Source: Candidatus Eiseniibacteriota bacterium
GTDB taxonomy: Bacteria; Eisenbacteria; RBG-16-71-46
Length of the DNA: 44,800 nt
Direction of reading: 5' to 3'
Assembly (NCBI GenBank): GCA_031370785.1
Contig: JANMQY010000053.1
Coordinates: 1 to 44,800 of the forward strand
Part shown: positions 1 through 10,031 of the stretch, one piece after another
How positions within the stretch are numbered: the first letter of the stretch is position 1
Layout: each line of letters opens with the position of its first letter
Program-made: the position numbers and the translations under genes
The notes under the pieces: model-generated
Told to the model about the DNA's origin: nothing
Database searches by the model: none
Seen by the model: only the letters and a program-made list of their open reading frames with translations

Positions 1-264
1 CGCGAACTCATCGTACGCGGTGCAGAAGATCACCGCCGGCGCCGGCTCGAGCAGCTCCAGCACCTCGAATCCGTCGAGCTTGGGCATCTGCACGTCGAGG
101 AATACCAGATCAGGGTGCAGCTCGCCGATGGTCTTGACCGCTTCGAACCCGTTCACGCATTCGGCGATGACCTGAATCGAGGAATGAGCCAGGAGGTACT
201 CGCGGATCAGCGCCCGCGCAGGCGCTTCGTCGTCCACGATCACGGCGCGCAGCGCGTCAGCCAC
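1..264 (-). CDS. LytTR/AlgR-family response regulator, N-terminal receiver domain (truncated by window edge)
   Basis: Not in ORF track; manual translation from GTG at 264: MADALRAVIVDDEAPARALIREYL...PDLVFLDVQMPKLDGFEVLELLEPAPAVIFCTAYDEFA. Receiver with DD, phospho-D and the TAYD(E)FA motif typical of LytTR regulators; overlaps the stop of the upstream LytS-type kinase. Confidence 0.9.
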   Translation of the reverse strand, partial: MADALRAVIVDDEAPARALIREYLLAHSSIQVIAECVNGFEAVKTIGELHPDLVFLDVQMPKLDGFEVLELLEPAPAVIFCTAYDEFA

Positions 265-1333
265 GGTCCACTTCCTCGCCGTCGAGCGCGGGCAGGGTCA
301 GCGTCACCCGAAACTGCCCATTGGAGCGCTCCGCATCGAGCCGGGCTTCGCGCGAGTCGAACACTTCGAGCCGGCGCCGAACGTTGGCGAGGCCGACGCC
401 TTCGCCCCTGCGCCGCGGGGCGTCCTCCTCGACCGGATTCTCGACCGACAGCCTAAGCGAGTCGCCATGTCGTTGGGTCACGAGCCGCACAGTGCCTCCC
501 GCGACACAGTCCTGGATGCCGTGCTTGATCGCGTTCTCGACCAGCGGCTGCAGCAGCAGCGGCGGCACCTGGCAGCCCGTCACCGACGGGTCGAGAACGC
601 GTTCGATGTGCAGCCGGTCGCCGAAGCGCACCTGCTCGATGTCGAGATAGCGGTCGACCAGCGCCAGCTCCTCGCCGAGCGTGACTGCGTCGCGCGCGCC
701 GAGCGCGAGCGTGCGCCGCAGGAAATCGCCGAGCCCTTCGCACATGCGCCGCGCGCCCTCGGGGTCGGGCCCGACCAGCGCGTTGATCGAGTTGAGGCTG
801 TTGAACAGAAAGTGGGGATTGAGCTGTGCGCGCAGCGCGCGCAGCTCGGCCTCGCGCGCGAAGACCTGCGAGGCGAGCACCAGCCGTTCGGCGGTGTGGG
901 ACGCTTCAAAGGCAAGCACCAGATAGTGGAGCACGACCGAGAGCAGGTAGAGCGGCAGCCCGGCGGCGAACAGGGTCACGGCGTCGCGCAGGATGTCCGC
1001 GCGATCCGGGCCAATGTGAAACCATACCGACAGCGCGACCGCGTAGAGGGTCGAGAGCGCGACCCACACCGCGCTCGACTGGGCCGCGGCCACTATCGCA
1101 TAGAGGATGGCGTTCGCCGCGCGGCTGCCATGCATCGGATGAGCGCGACACACCCACCATGCCGACAGCGCGACGAACCCGAACAGAATCGAGATCGGAA
1201 GCGCGAACACCAGCGCGTCGAACCACGGCCTCGGTGTCACGACCCGCAGCAGCCCGGCGAGCAGCACGCCGTCGGCGAGGCACGTGATCAGATACAGCGC
1301 GAGCCGCGCCGGCTTTGCGAGAAGCGGATGCAC
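257..1333 (-). CDS. LytS/YehU-family sensor histidine kinase (membrane N-terminus + His_kinase + HATPase)
   Basis: About 4 hydrophobic segments, then LRAQLNPHFLFNSLNSI, QPLVENAIKHG and GVGLANVRRRL motifs. Confidence 0.93.
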   Translation of the reverse strand: MHPLLAKPARLALYLITCLADGVLLAGLLRVVTPRPWFDALVFALPISILFGFVALSAWWVCRAHPMHGSRAANAILYAIVAAAQSSAVWVALSTLYAVALSVWFHIGPDRADILRDAVTLFAAGLPLYLLSVVLHYLVLAFEASHTAERLVLASQVFAREAELRALRAQLNPHFLFNSLNSINALVGPDPEGARRMCEGLGDFLRRTLALGARDAVTLGEELALVDRYLDIEQVRFGDRLHIERVLDPSVTGCQVPPLLLQPLVENAIKHGIQDCVAGGTVRLVTQRHGDSLRLSVENPVEEDAPRRRGEGVGLANVRRRLEVFDSREARLDAERSNGQFRVTLTLPALDGEEVDRG

Positions 1334-2182
1334 TCAGTCCTTCCTGTCCTCGGGGTGCCCGCGGCGCTCCGAGCTGCGATCGCGAAACGCGTCCGCGGGA
1401 AACACGATTCCCGCGCGTATCTTGCGGTTTCCCATTTCCTGATTGCGGATCTCGACGCCGCCCATGATCACCATGCCACGGATGACCAGCGTGGTGGTGG
1501 CGCCCTCGGAGACCGGCCGGATGATCTCCTCGACCGCGCCCATGATCGGCGTGACCTCGCAGGCCACGATCCAGTCGTCGGGAACGTAGATTTCGATGCC
1601 GCCCCACGTTGCGAACACATCGACGATCACCTCGCGCTCCGCCGCCTTCGCCCCGCGAAGGTCGAGCTCGACGCCGCCCATGACCGCGGTCACCTCGGCG
1701 CCACGAAGCTGCTGCGATTGAACGCGACGCGTCACGCCGGCCATGAACGCGAGCGCGCGCGGGTAGGGCGAAGCGTCCGACGCTCCGTCGGAACCGGCCT
1801 CTCCGGTTCCCGGCGTGCGCATGGCGCGCATCATGATCGTCACTCCGAGCCCGATCAGGAGCACCGGCCACAGCGACCACAGACCGTGGCGCACCAGACC
1901 CAGCACGCCGAGCAGCAACCACAGGCCTGCGCCCGCGAACAATGCTCCAGCGATCGGAGTGCGATGCGCTCCGATTCCGGTCAGCCGGGCGAGTCCGTAA
2001 ACCAGTAGCAGCACCGGCCACCAGCGCAGGATCGAGCTCGCGTCCAGGACGTGAAGGTTGTCGAGCGTCCACAGCGCGCCGAGGGTCACGAACACCAGAC
2101 CCATCACCAGCCGTGCGGTGAGCGGTGGACGACGGCGGTTGGTTCCGGTAGAGCCGAATCTGTATTCCTGAGCATCAGCCAC
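1334..2182 (-). CDS. LiaF-like cell-envelope stress membrane protein (DUF5668-type TM region + DUF2154-type C-terminal domain)
   Basis: Two 'WP(V)LL' TM repeats; C-terminal AVMGGVELDLR, ATWGGIEIYVPDDW, VIMGGVEIRN repeats typical of LiaF-like proteins. GTG start with GGAGG upstream. Confidence 0.85.
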   Translation of the reverse strand: MADAQEYRFGSTGTNRRRPPLTARLVMGLVFVTLGALWTLDNLHVLDASSILRWWPVLLLVYGLARLTGIGAHRTPIAGALFAGAGLWLLLGVLGLVRHGLWSLWPVLLIGLGVTIMMRAMRTPGTGEAGSDGASDASPYPRALAFMAGVTRRVQSQQLRGAEVTAVMGGVELDLRGAKAAEREVIVDVFATWGGIEIYVPDDWIVACEVTPIMGAVEEIIRPVSEGATTTLVIRGMVIMGGVEIRNQEMGNRKIRAGIVFPADAFRDRSSERRGHPEDRKD

Positions 2183-2495
2183 GGCGCACCTCCCTGCCGG
2201 CCATGTTTCCTTGCATGCGGGTGCCGCGCGCAGAATACGCCCACAGCGCCCCGACCATCAGGGCCGTGGCCAGGAACACCCACAGCCGGACACCGAACCA
2301 GAACGCCACCTTGTAGAGGGCGGCGCCCACCACCGTGACTTCCGGCGCGACGTGCCACGGGATGAACGTAAGCAGCGCCGCATTCTCGAGCACCAGCCAC
2401 ACCGCACACGCCGCCAACGCCACCTCACGCAGCCGGCGCAATCTCTGGTCGGTCGTCCGCACCGGAACTTCCGTGCGGCCGTCAAGCGTCTGCAT
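2175..2495 (-). CDS. small membrane protein of unknown function
   Basis: 106 aa with 2-3 hydrophobic helices; overlaps both neighbours; GGAGG-type RBS upstream of ATG. Confidence 0.7.
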   Translation of the reverse strand: MQTLDGRTEVPVRTTDQRLRRLREVALAACAVWLVLENAALLTFIPWHVAPEVTVVGAALYKVAFWFGVRLWVFLATALMVGALWAYSARGTRMQGNMAGREVRRG

Positions 2496-2856
2496 TGCCC
2501 GCCTCCTTCCCGTACATCACTCGCGCGGCGATCGCGCGCGCCACCATGCCCAACCCGATCGCGACGAATGCGAGCGGCCAGCTATTCATCCAGGTCAGCC
2601 CGTATGCCTCGCGCTGCGCGATCAGGAACCACAAACCGCACAACACCGTCATCACGCCCGAACCGACCCGGCGCGGCGAGCGCGCCACCACCAGCTGAAT
2701 CGCTCCGAGGGCGATGACCAGATACGGCCACCCGCTGCGCCAGAACTCGAGGGGCAGCAGTCCGAACTGGGACAGCAGGAACACCACGCCGATCGCGACG
2801 AGGGTCAGCCCTTCGAAAATGCTGACCTCAGGGTCCTTAGCGCGCTTCGACCGCAT
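2482..2856 (-). CDS. LiaI/LiaF-like (DUF5668-type) four-TM membrane protein
   Basis: GLTLVAIGVVFLL...WPYLVIALG...WPLAFVAIGLG repeated TM motif; AGGGAGG RBS upstream; first gene of the operon. Confidence 0.82.
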   Translation of the reverse strand: MRSKRAKDPEVSIFEGLTLVAIGVVFLLSQFGLLPLEFWRSGWPYLVIALGAIQLVVARSPRRVGSGVMTVLCGLWFLIAQREAYGLTWMNSWPLAFVAIGLGMVARAIAARVMYGKEAGNADA

Positions 2857-2916
2857 CTCGCTCCTCCCTTTCGCGACGTTCGGTGGCGACCCCCGCCACC
2901 TCTCTCGTCACACGGG

Positions 2917-3002
2917 AAGTTACGGGCCTGAAGCCTGCGGGTCGCGTCCGATTCGGCGAACGGCGTGCCGGCGTCGGTGAATGCCGCCGGTGGCCGGCGA
3001 GG
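2917..3002 (-). promoter_or_regulatory. candidate promoter with LytTR-type direct repeats
   Basis: Minus strand: CATTCACCGA (2974-2983) and CGTTCGCCGA (2953-2962) at 21-bp period, a weaker third copy near 2994-3002, and a -10-like TAACTT (2917-2922) with a poor -35. Confidence 0.6.
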
Positions 3003-3108
3003 CGCGCCTCGCGCTTGCGCGCCGGGGCCGCATCGCGCATTCTCTCGCGTCCATTCCACTCTTCACATTCCCTGCGGCACGTCCGCATCGACTCGAAAAG
3101 GCAGGACC

Positions 3109-4788
<1,680 letters not shown>

Positions 4789-4797
4789 GATCTGCGG

Positions 4798-6090
4798 TTG
4801 CGCGCGCCGGCGGCTGGTCGTGGGTTCGATCGCCTCGCCTACCGCGATCCCACGCCGGTCCCGTGGCTCATCCGCGCCCTCGGGCCGATCAATCGCCAGT
4901 TGGTGCTCCCGCACTGGCTGCGCATCCGCGAGATCGATCTGCCGGCTGCCGACCTCGCGCGTCTGCGCGCCGCGGTGCGGCCGGGCACGGCGGCATTCCT
5001 CGGGCCCAATCATCCCGAGTTCATGACCGACTGGATGCTCGACAAGGAGATCTCGCGCCTGGTCTCCCCGCTCATGGCGCACTGGGCCTCGTACGAGATC
5101 GTGAACGCCTCGCCCATGGCGCAGCGTTTCTGGCTCGCGAACAACCTCATCTCCAACCCGCCGGGCGGGAACGGACGCGAGTACTCGATGCGCTGGGCGC
5201 TGGCCGGCCATGGCGTGCTGCTCCACCCGGAGGGCACCGCGAGCTGGCACGCCGAGCGCGTCGGCCGGCTGCTTCCCGGCATCGTCGAGATGGCGTGGGA
5301 GGCGTGCACCCGCGCGCGAACGGCCGGCCGCGACGTTCCGGTGTTCATCGTGCCGGTGGTGTGGAAGCTCCACTTCACGCATGACGTGTCGCGCGGCCTC
5401 GCGCGCGAGATGGAGCACATCGAGCGCCGGCTCGGGTTGCCTTCGGGCGAAGGGCTGGCCCGCGAGCGCCGCTTCCTCGCATTGCAGGTGAACCTGCTCG
5501 CACGCCAGTGCGCGCGTTTCGAGATCACGGTGCGCGGACTCGGTTCGGCGATCGCGGGGCGCGACTACTTCGACGTGCAAGCCGAAGCCGCAACCCAGGT
5601 GCGACGCCGGCTCGAGGCACGCTATGCGACCGTGGAAGGCGATTTCCCGCGCTTCGAGCGCGCCACCCGGCGCGCGATCCGTGAGCGCATCGCCCATGAC
5701 CCCGAAGGCGCCCGTCGCGACCGTGCACTGCTCGGCGAGCTGCAGCGCCTGCACGGTTTCACCCGGGAGCGCTACCCGGACGAGACGCTCACCCAGGAGC
5801 AGGTCGCCGAGAATCTCAAGCGCACCCGCGCCTCGCTCGTCACCCGCGGATTCGCGGATGCGCTCCACAACACGGTGCCGGTCGCGGTCGGCCCGCGAGT
5901 CGCCCGCATCCGAGTGCCCGAGCCGATCGCGGTGCACGAAGCGTGGAGCGCCGACGCCGCGAGGGGCGAATCGCGTCGCGCCGGGCTGCTCGCCGAGGTT
6001 CACCGCCGCATGCAGCACGCGCTCGATGCGCTCACCCCCGAGATCGCGCCGGTCGTCGACCGATTCCGGATCGCGAATCGCACCGCCTGA
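4798..6090 (+). CDS. lysophospholipid/glycerol acyltransferase-family (LPLAT) protein
   Basis: Catalytic NH(x4)D motif (PNHPEFMTD) and HPEGT block; TTG start is uncertain. Confidence 0.7.
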   Translation: MRAPAAGRGFDRLAYRDPTPVPWLIRALGPINRQLVLPHWLRIREIDLPAADLARLRAAVRPGTAAFLGPNHPEFMTDWMLDKEISRLVSPLMAHWASYEIVNASPMAQRFWLANNLISNPPGGNGREYSMRWALAGHGVLLHPEGTASWHAERVGRLLPGIVEMAWEACTRARTAGRDVPVFIVPVVWKLHFTHDVSRGLAREMEHIERRLGLPSGEGLARERRFLALQVNLLARQCARFEITVRGLGSAIAGRDYFDVQAEAATQVRRRLEARYATVEGDFPRFERATRRAIRERIAHDPEGARRDRALLGELQRLHGFTRERYPDETLTQEQVAENLKRTRASLVTRGFADALHNTVPVAVGPRVARIRVPEPIAVHEAWSADAARGESRRAGLLAEVHRRMQHALDALTPEIAPVVDRFRIANRTA

Positions 6091-6158
6091 GATCGAGCAG
6101 CCTCACTTGGAGCAACAGCATCCGCCTGGGCGGCCCGGCACGACATCGCGCTGATCCG

Positions 6159-6983
6159 CTACTCGCGCTTCACGCCTTCCGCCCACGACATGCCGAACCA
6201 CAGCGCGCCGTCCGGGCGCTCTCCCCATCCGCGCAACGCGGCGACCGCGTCCTCGAAGTAGACCGGATCGAACGCACCTCCGGTCAGAATCGCGTCGCGT
6301 GCGCCTTCCAGAATGCCGGCCACGTTTTCGACGAATGCGGTGAAGCTGCGCTGACCCGAGCAGCTCCCGAAGAAGATCTGGGTGTTGCGCACGGGGCTCG
6401 CGCCGGCGGCGTGCAGCAAAGCCACCAGGCGACGTCCGACGTAGGGGTCGTTGCCGGCGCGATCGTAGGTGTGCACGTAGGCGCCCCACACGCTCATGAA
6501 TCCGGGCGGCTCCGGCCACAGGCGGAGCACGTCGTGATCGTCGTCGGCGAGCACCACGCGTCCGCCGGGGCGCACGGCCTGCACCATCTGGCGGACCACG
6601 GCCAGTGGATCGGGCACGTGCTCGAGCACGAACCGGGCGTGCGCGACATCGAACGTGTTCCATTCGTTTGCGGCGAGAGGCGGATCGAGCACATCGCCCG
6701 CGCGCAGATCCACCAGCGCCTCTTCCCCGACCTCGCGCGCCTGGCGCAGCGCCTCGGCGATCTGTTCACGACTGCGCTCGATGCCGACGACACGCTTGCC
6801 GGTCGCGCGCGCGATCGCGCGGGTGAGCTGCGCGAGGCCGGAGCCAAAATCGACCACTCGTTCGCCACTCTTCGGCGCCAGCTCACGCAGCGTCGCCTCG
6901 TTGAGCAGATCATTGAGGCGTGAGAGGCGGAACTGCTCTTCGGGCGCGGTGCCGTGGACGTATTGCGATCCGGACTCGGGCAT
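6159..6983 (-). CDS. class I SAM-dependent methyltransferase
   Basis: VVDFGSGLA motif I, VVGIERS, FDVAHARFVLEHVPDP, VRPGG. Confidence 0.9.
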   Translation of the reverse strand: MPESGSQYVHGTAPEEQFRLSRLNDLLNEATLRELAPKSGERVVDFGSGLAQLTRAIARATGKRVVGIERSREQIAEALRQAREVGEEALVDLRAGDVLDPPLAANEWNTFDVAHARFVLEHVPDPLAVVRQMVQAVRPGGRVVLADDDHDVLRLWPEPPGFMSVWGAYVHTYDRAGNDPYVGRRLVALLHAAGASPVRNTQIFFGSCSGQRSFTAFVENVAGILEGARDAILTGGAFDPVYFEDAVAALRGWGERPDGALWFGMSWAEGVKRE

Positions 6984-7007
6984 GACGAGCTTCCCCTTCG
7001 AGGCGAA

Positions 7008-7037
7008 TGGACAGCGGCGAGGGCCGAGCTATAGCAT
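7008..7037 (+). promoter_or_regulatory. candidate sigma70-type promoter for the decarboxylase
   Basis: TGGACA-N18-TAGCAT in the divergent intergenic region. Confidence 0.35.
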
Positions 7038-7097
7038 TCACGCCCTGTCGAGCCAAGTCACCCCGCGACGCTTCTTCGCCGGTTTTCGGAGAACTCC

Positions 7098-8627
7098 ATG
7101 GAGCCGCCCACCACCGTTTCCGCACCTGCCCGCGTTGCGCCGCTCGAGATGGCCCCCGATCAGTTTCGCGCGCTCGGGCATTCGCTGATCGAGCGCATCG
7201 CAGACCATCTCGCCTCCATCCCCGGCCGTCCGGTCACGCCCGGAGAATCGCCGGCGACGGTGCGCGCCGCGCTCGGCGGCGGAGCCTTGCCCGAGCGTGG
7301 CACCGACCCGGCGCTTCTGCTCGACCAGGCGGCAAAGGCATTGTTCGAGCATTCGCTGCTCAATGGCCATCCGCGCTTCTTCGGCTACATTACCTCGTCC
7401 GCGGCGCCGCTCGGCGCGCTGGGCGATCTGCTCGCGGCCGCGGTCAATCCCAACTGCGGATCGTTCGCGCTCGGGCCGATGGGCACCGAGATCGAGCGCC
7501 AGACCGTTCGCTGGATCGCGGAGCTGATCGGCTTCCCGACAAGCGGCGATGGCCTTCTGGTCAGCGGCGGCAACATGGCGAACTTCGTCTGCTTCCTCGC
7601 GGCGCGGCGCGCCCGGGCGCCGTGGAACGTGCGCGAGCAGGGCCTCGCTTCGCGAGAGGCGAAGCCGCTGCGCGTCTACGCGTCGCGAGAGACGCACACC
7701 TGGGTGCAGAAGGCGTGCGATCTGTTCGGCCTCGGTACCGATGCGCTGCGCTGGATCCCGACCGACGATGCGCTGCGCATGGATGTGGACGCGCTCGATC
7801 GCGCGATCGCCGAGGATCGCCGGGACGGTGCGGTACCGCTGCTGGTGGTCGGCACCGCGGGCACGGTGAGCACCGGCGCGATCGATCCGCTCGCGCGCAT
7901 TGCCGAGGTGTGCCGCAGTCACGGCGTGTGGTTCCACGTCGATGGCGCGTACGGCGCGCTGGCCGCGCTGCTGCCCGACGCTTCGGCGGATCTCAAGGCG
8001 CTTTCGCTCGCCGATTCGGTGGCGGTCGATCCGCACAAGTGGCTCTACGCGCCGATCGAAGCCGGCTGCGCGCTGGTGCGCGACCCGCAGGCGCTGACGC
8101 ACGCCTTCAGCTGGCACCCGCCCTACTATCATTTCGAAGACATCGACGGCGAGACGCCGGTCAACTTCTACGAGCGCGGCCCGCAGAACTCGCGTGGGTT
8201 CCGTGCGCTGAAGGTGTGGCTCGGGCTCCGCCAGGCGGGGCGCGACGGATACCGGCAACTGCTCGCTGACGACATCCGGCTCGCGCGCATTCTTTACGAG
8301 CACGCCGCCGCGCATCCCAGGCTCGAGGCGTTCACGCTCGGGCTCAGCATCGCGACGTTCCGATACGTGCCCGAAGGGGTGAAGCCCGGCGCGCCGGACA
8401 CGGAGGAGTATCTGAACCGGCTCAACACCGAGCTCCTCACCCGGCTCCAGGCCAGCGGCCGCGCCTACCCTTCCAACGCGGTGATCCGCGGCGCGTTCGT
8501 GATCCGCGCCTGCATCGTCAACTTCCGCACCACGGTCGCGGACGTCGAGGCCCTGCCCGGCATGGTGGTCGAGATCGGAGAGGCGCTCGACCGCGAGATG
8601 CGGCCGAAGGAGCTGGCGCGGAGCTGA
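7098..8627 (+). CDS. group II pyridoxal-phosphate-dependent decarboxylase (aromatic-L-amino-acid/DABA decarboxylase-like)
   Basis: HPRFFGYI, SGGNMAN, GTAGTVSTGAIDPL, WFHVDGAYG, PLP lysine motif DPHKW, SRGFRALKVW. Confidence 0.92.
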   Translation: MEPPTTVSAPARVAPLEMAPDQFRALGHSLIERIADHLASIPGRPVTPGESPATVRAALGGGALPERGTDPALLLDQAAKALFEHSLLNGHPRFFGYITSSAAPLGALGDLLAAAVNPNCGSFALGPMGTEIERQTVRWIAELIGFPTSGDGLLVSGGNMANFVCFLAARRARAPWNVREQGLASREAKPLRVYASRETHTWVQKACDLFGLGTDALRWIPTDDALRMDVDALDRAIAEDRRDGAVPLLVVGTAGTVSTGAIDPLARIAEVCRSHGVWFHVDGAYGALAALLPDASADLKALSLADSVAVDPHKWLYAPIEAGCALVRDPQALTHAFSWHPPYYHFEDIDGETPVNFYERGPQNSRGFRALKVWLGLRQAGRDGYRQLLADDIRLARILYEHAAAHPRLEAFTLGLSIATFRYVPEGVKPGAPDTEEYLNRLNTELLTRLQASGRAYPSNAVIRGAFVIRACIVNFRTTVADVEALPGMVVEIGEALDREMRPKELARS

Positions 8628-8660
8628 GCGCCGACTCCAGAAACGCAATGGCGCGATGCG

Positions 8661-8702
8661 TTCGGGCCGCGTTTGACGCGGCCCGAATGCGCCCGCTATC
8701 TT
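8661..8702 (+). promoter_or_regulatory. candidate ispG promoter overlapping a perfect 12-bp inverted repeat
   Basis: TTCGGGCCGCGT-TTG-ACGCGGCCCGAA (8661-8687); TTGACG (8673-8678)-N18-TATCTT (8697-8702). Confidence 0.55.
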
Positions 8703-8709
8703 TCGTTTC

Positions 8710-9981
8710 GTGCCTCTGATCCAGATCGACAAGACCCGCGCCAAAGGACGCCGTCCCAGCGTGACCTGCCGCATCGGCGCGGTTCCGGTGGGCGGTTCGC
8801 ACCCGGTCGTGGTGCAATCCATGACCAACACCGACACCGAGAACGCGGCGTCCACCGCCGCGCAGGTGATCGAGCTGGCGCGCGCCGGGTCCGAGCTGGT
8901 GCGCATCACGGTGAACACGCGCGAGGCCGCGGCCGCGGTGCCCGAGATGGTGCGCCGCGTGCGCGGTGAGGGTGTCGCCGCGCCGATCGTCGGCGACTTC
9001 CACTACAACGGACACACGCTGCTCACCGAGTACCCCGAGTGCGCGGTCGCGCTCGACAAGTACCGCATCAATCCGGGCAACGTCGGCGTCGGCGAGAAGC
9101 ACGACGACAATTTCCGGCGCATGATCGAGGTCGCGGTCGCGCACGCGAAGCCGGTGCGCATCGGCGTCAACTGGGGCTCGCTCGATCGCGCGCTGCTGAC
9201 CACGATGATGGACGAGAACGCGACGCGGAAGGAACCGCTCGAGGACCGCGAGGTGGTGCTCGAAGCGATGCGCGAGAGCGCGCTGCGCTCGGCCGCGCTC
9301 GCCGAGTCGTTCGGCCAGCCGCACGAGCGCATCATCCTCTCGGCCAAGGTGAGCGACGTGCGCGATCTGGTCTCGGTCTACCGCGGACTCGCCGCCGCGT
9401 GCGACTACCCGCTCCACCTCGGGCTGACCGAGGCCGGTCTCGGCACCAAGGGCATCGTCGCGACCACCGCTGCGCTCTCGATCCTGCTCTACGAAGGCAT
9501 CGGGGATACGGTGCGCACCAGTCTCACTCCCGCTCCGGGCGGCGATCGCGCGGAAGAGGTGCGCGTGTGCCAGCAGATCCTGCAGTCGCTCGGCATCCGC
9601 CACTTCACCCCGCAGGTCACGAGCTGCCCCGGGTGCGGGCGCACGACCAGCACATTCTTCCAGGAGCTGGCCCGTGATGTGACCGCTCACATCCAGCGCC
9701 GCCTGTTCGAATGGCGCGAGACCTACCCCGGCGTCGAGGAGCTGCGCGTCGCGGTGATGGGTTGCGTGGTGAACGGACCTGGCGAGAGCAAGCACGCCGA
9801 CATCGGCATCTCGCTGCCCGGCACCGGGGAAGATCCGCGCGCCCCGGTCTACGTGGACGGCCAGCTGAAGGTGACGCTCAGGGGCGATTCGATCGCCGCG
9901 GATTTCGCGAAGCTGCTCGACGAATACGTCGAGCGGCGCTACGGCGCGACGGCAAGCGAGACCCGGTCGTCCGTCACCTGA
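8710..9981 (+). CDS. ispG: (E)-4-hydroxy-3-methylbut-2-enyl-diphosphate synthase IspG
   Basis: [71 protein letters not shown]. Confidence 0.97.
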   Translation: MPLIQIDKTRAKGRRPSVTCRIGAVPVGGSHPVVVQSMTNTDTENAASTAAQVIELARAGSELVRITVNTREAAAAVPEMVRRVRGEGVAAPIVGDFHYNGHTLLTEYPECAVALDKYRINPGNVGVGEKHDDNFRRMIEVAVAHAKPVRIGVNWGSLDRALLTTMMDENATRKEPLEDREVVLEAMRESALRSAALAESFGQPHERIILSAKVSDVRDLVSVYRGLAAACDYPLHLGLTEAGLGTKGIVATTAALSILLYEGIGDTVRTSLTPAPGGDRAEEVRVCQQILQSLGIRHFTPQVTSCPGCGRTTSTFFQELARDVTAHIQRRLFEWRETYPGVEELRVAVMGCVVNGPGESKHADIGISLPGTGEDPRAPVYVDGQLKVTLRGDSIAADFAKLLDEYVERRYGATASETRSSVT

Positions 9982-10031
9982 TCATCACCCTGCGGAACCG
10001 CACAGGGTCCAGAGTCTGCGTCTGAACCGGC

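Noticed and set aside
467..2008. 513-aa plus-strand ORF
   Set aside because: Antisense shadow of the LytS and LiaF-like genes; no motifs; expected in high-GC DNA.
8625..8660. Resemblance of GCGCCGACT..CCAG..TGGCGCG here to the sequence after the stop at 11331 (minus strand)
   Set aside because: Short, gapped and GC-rich with only two copies; not enough to call a REP-like repeat.
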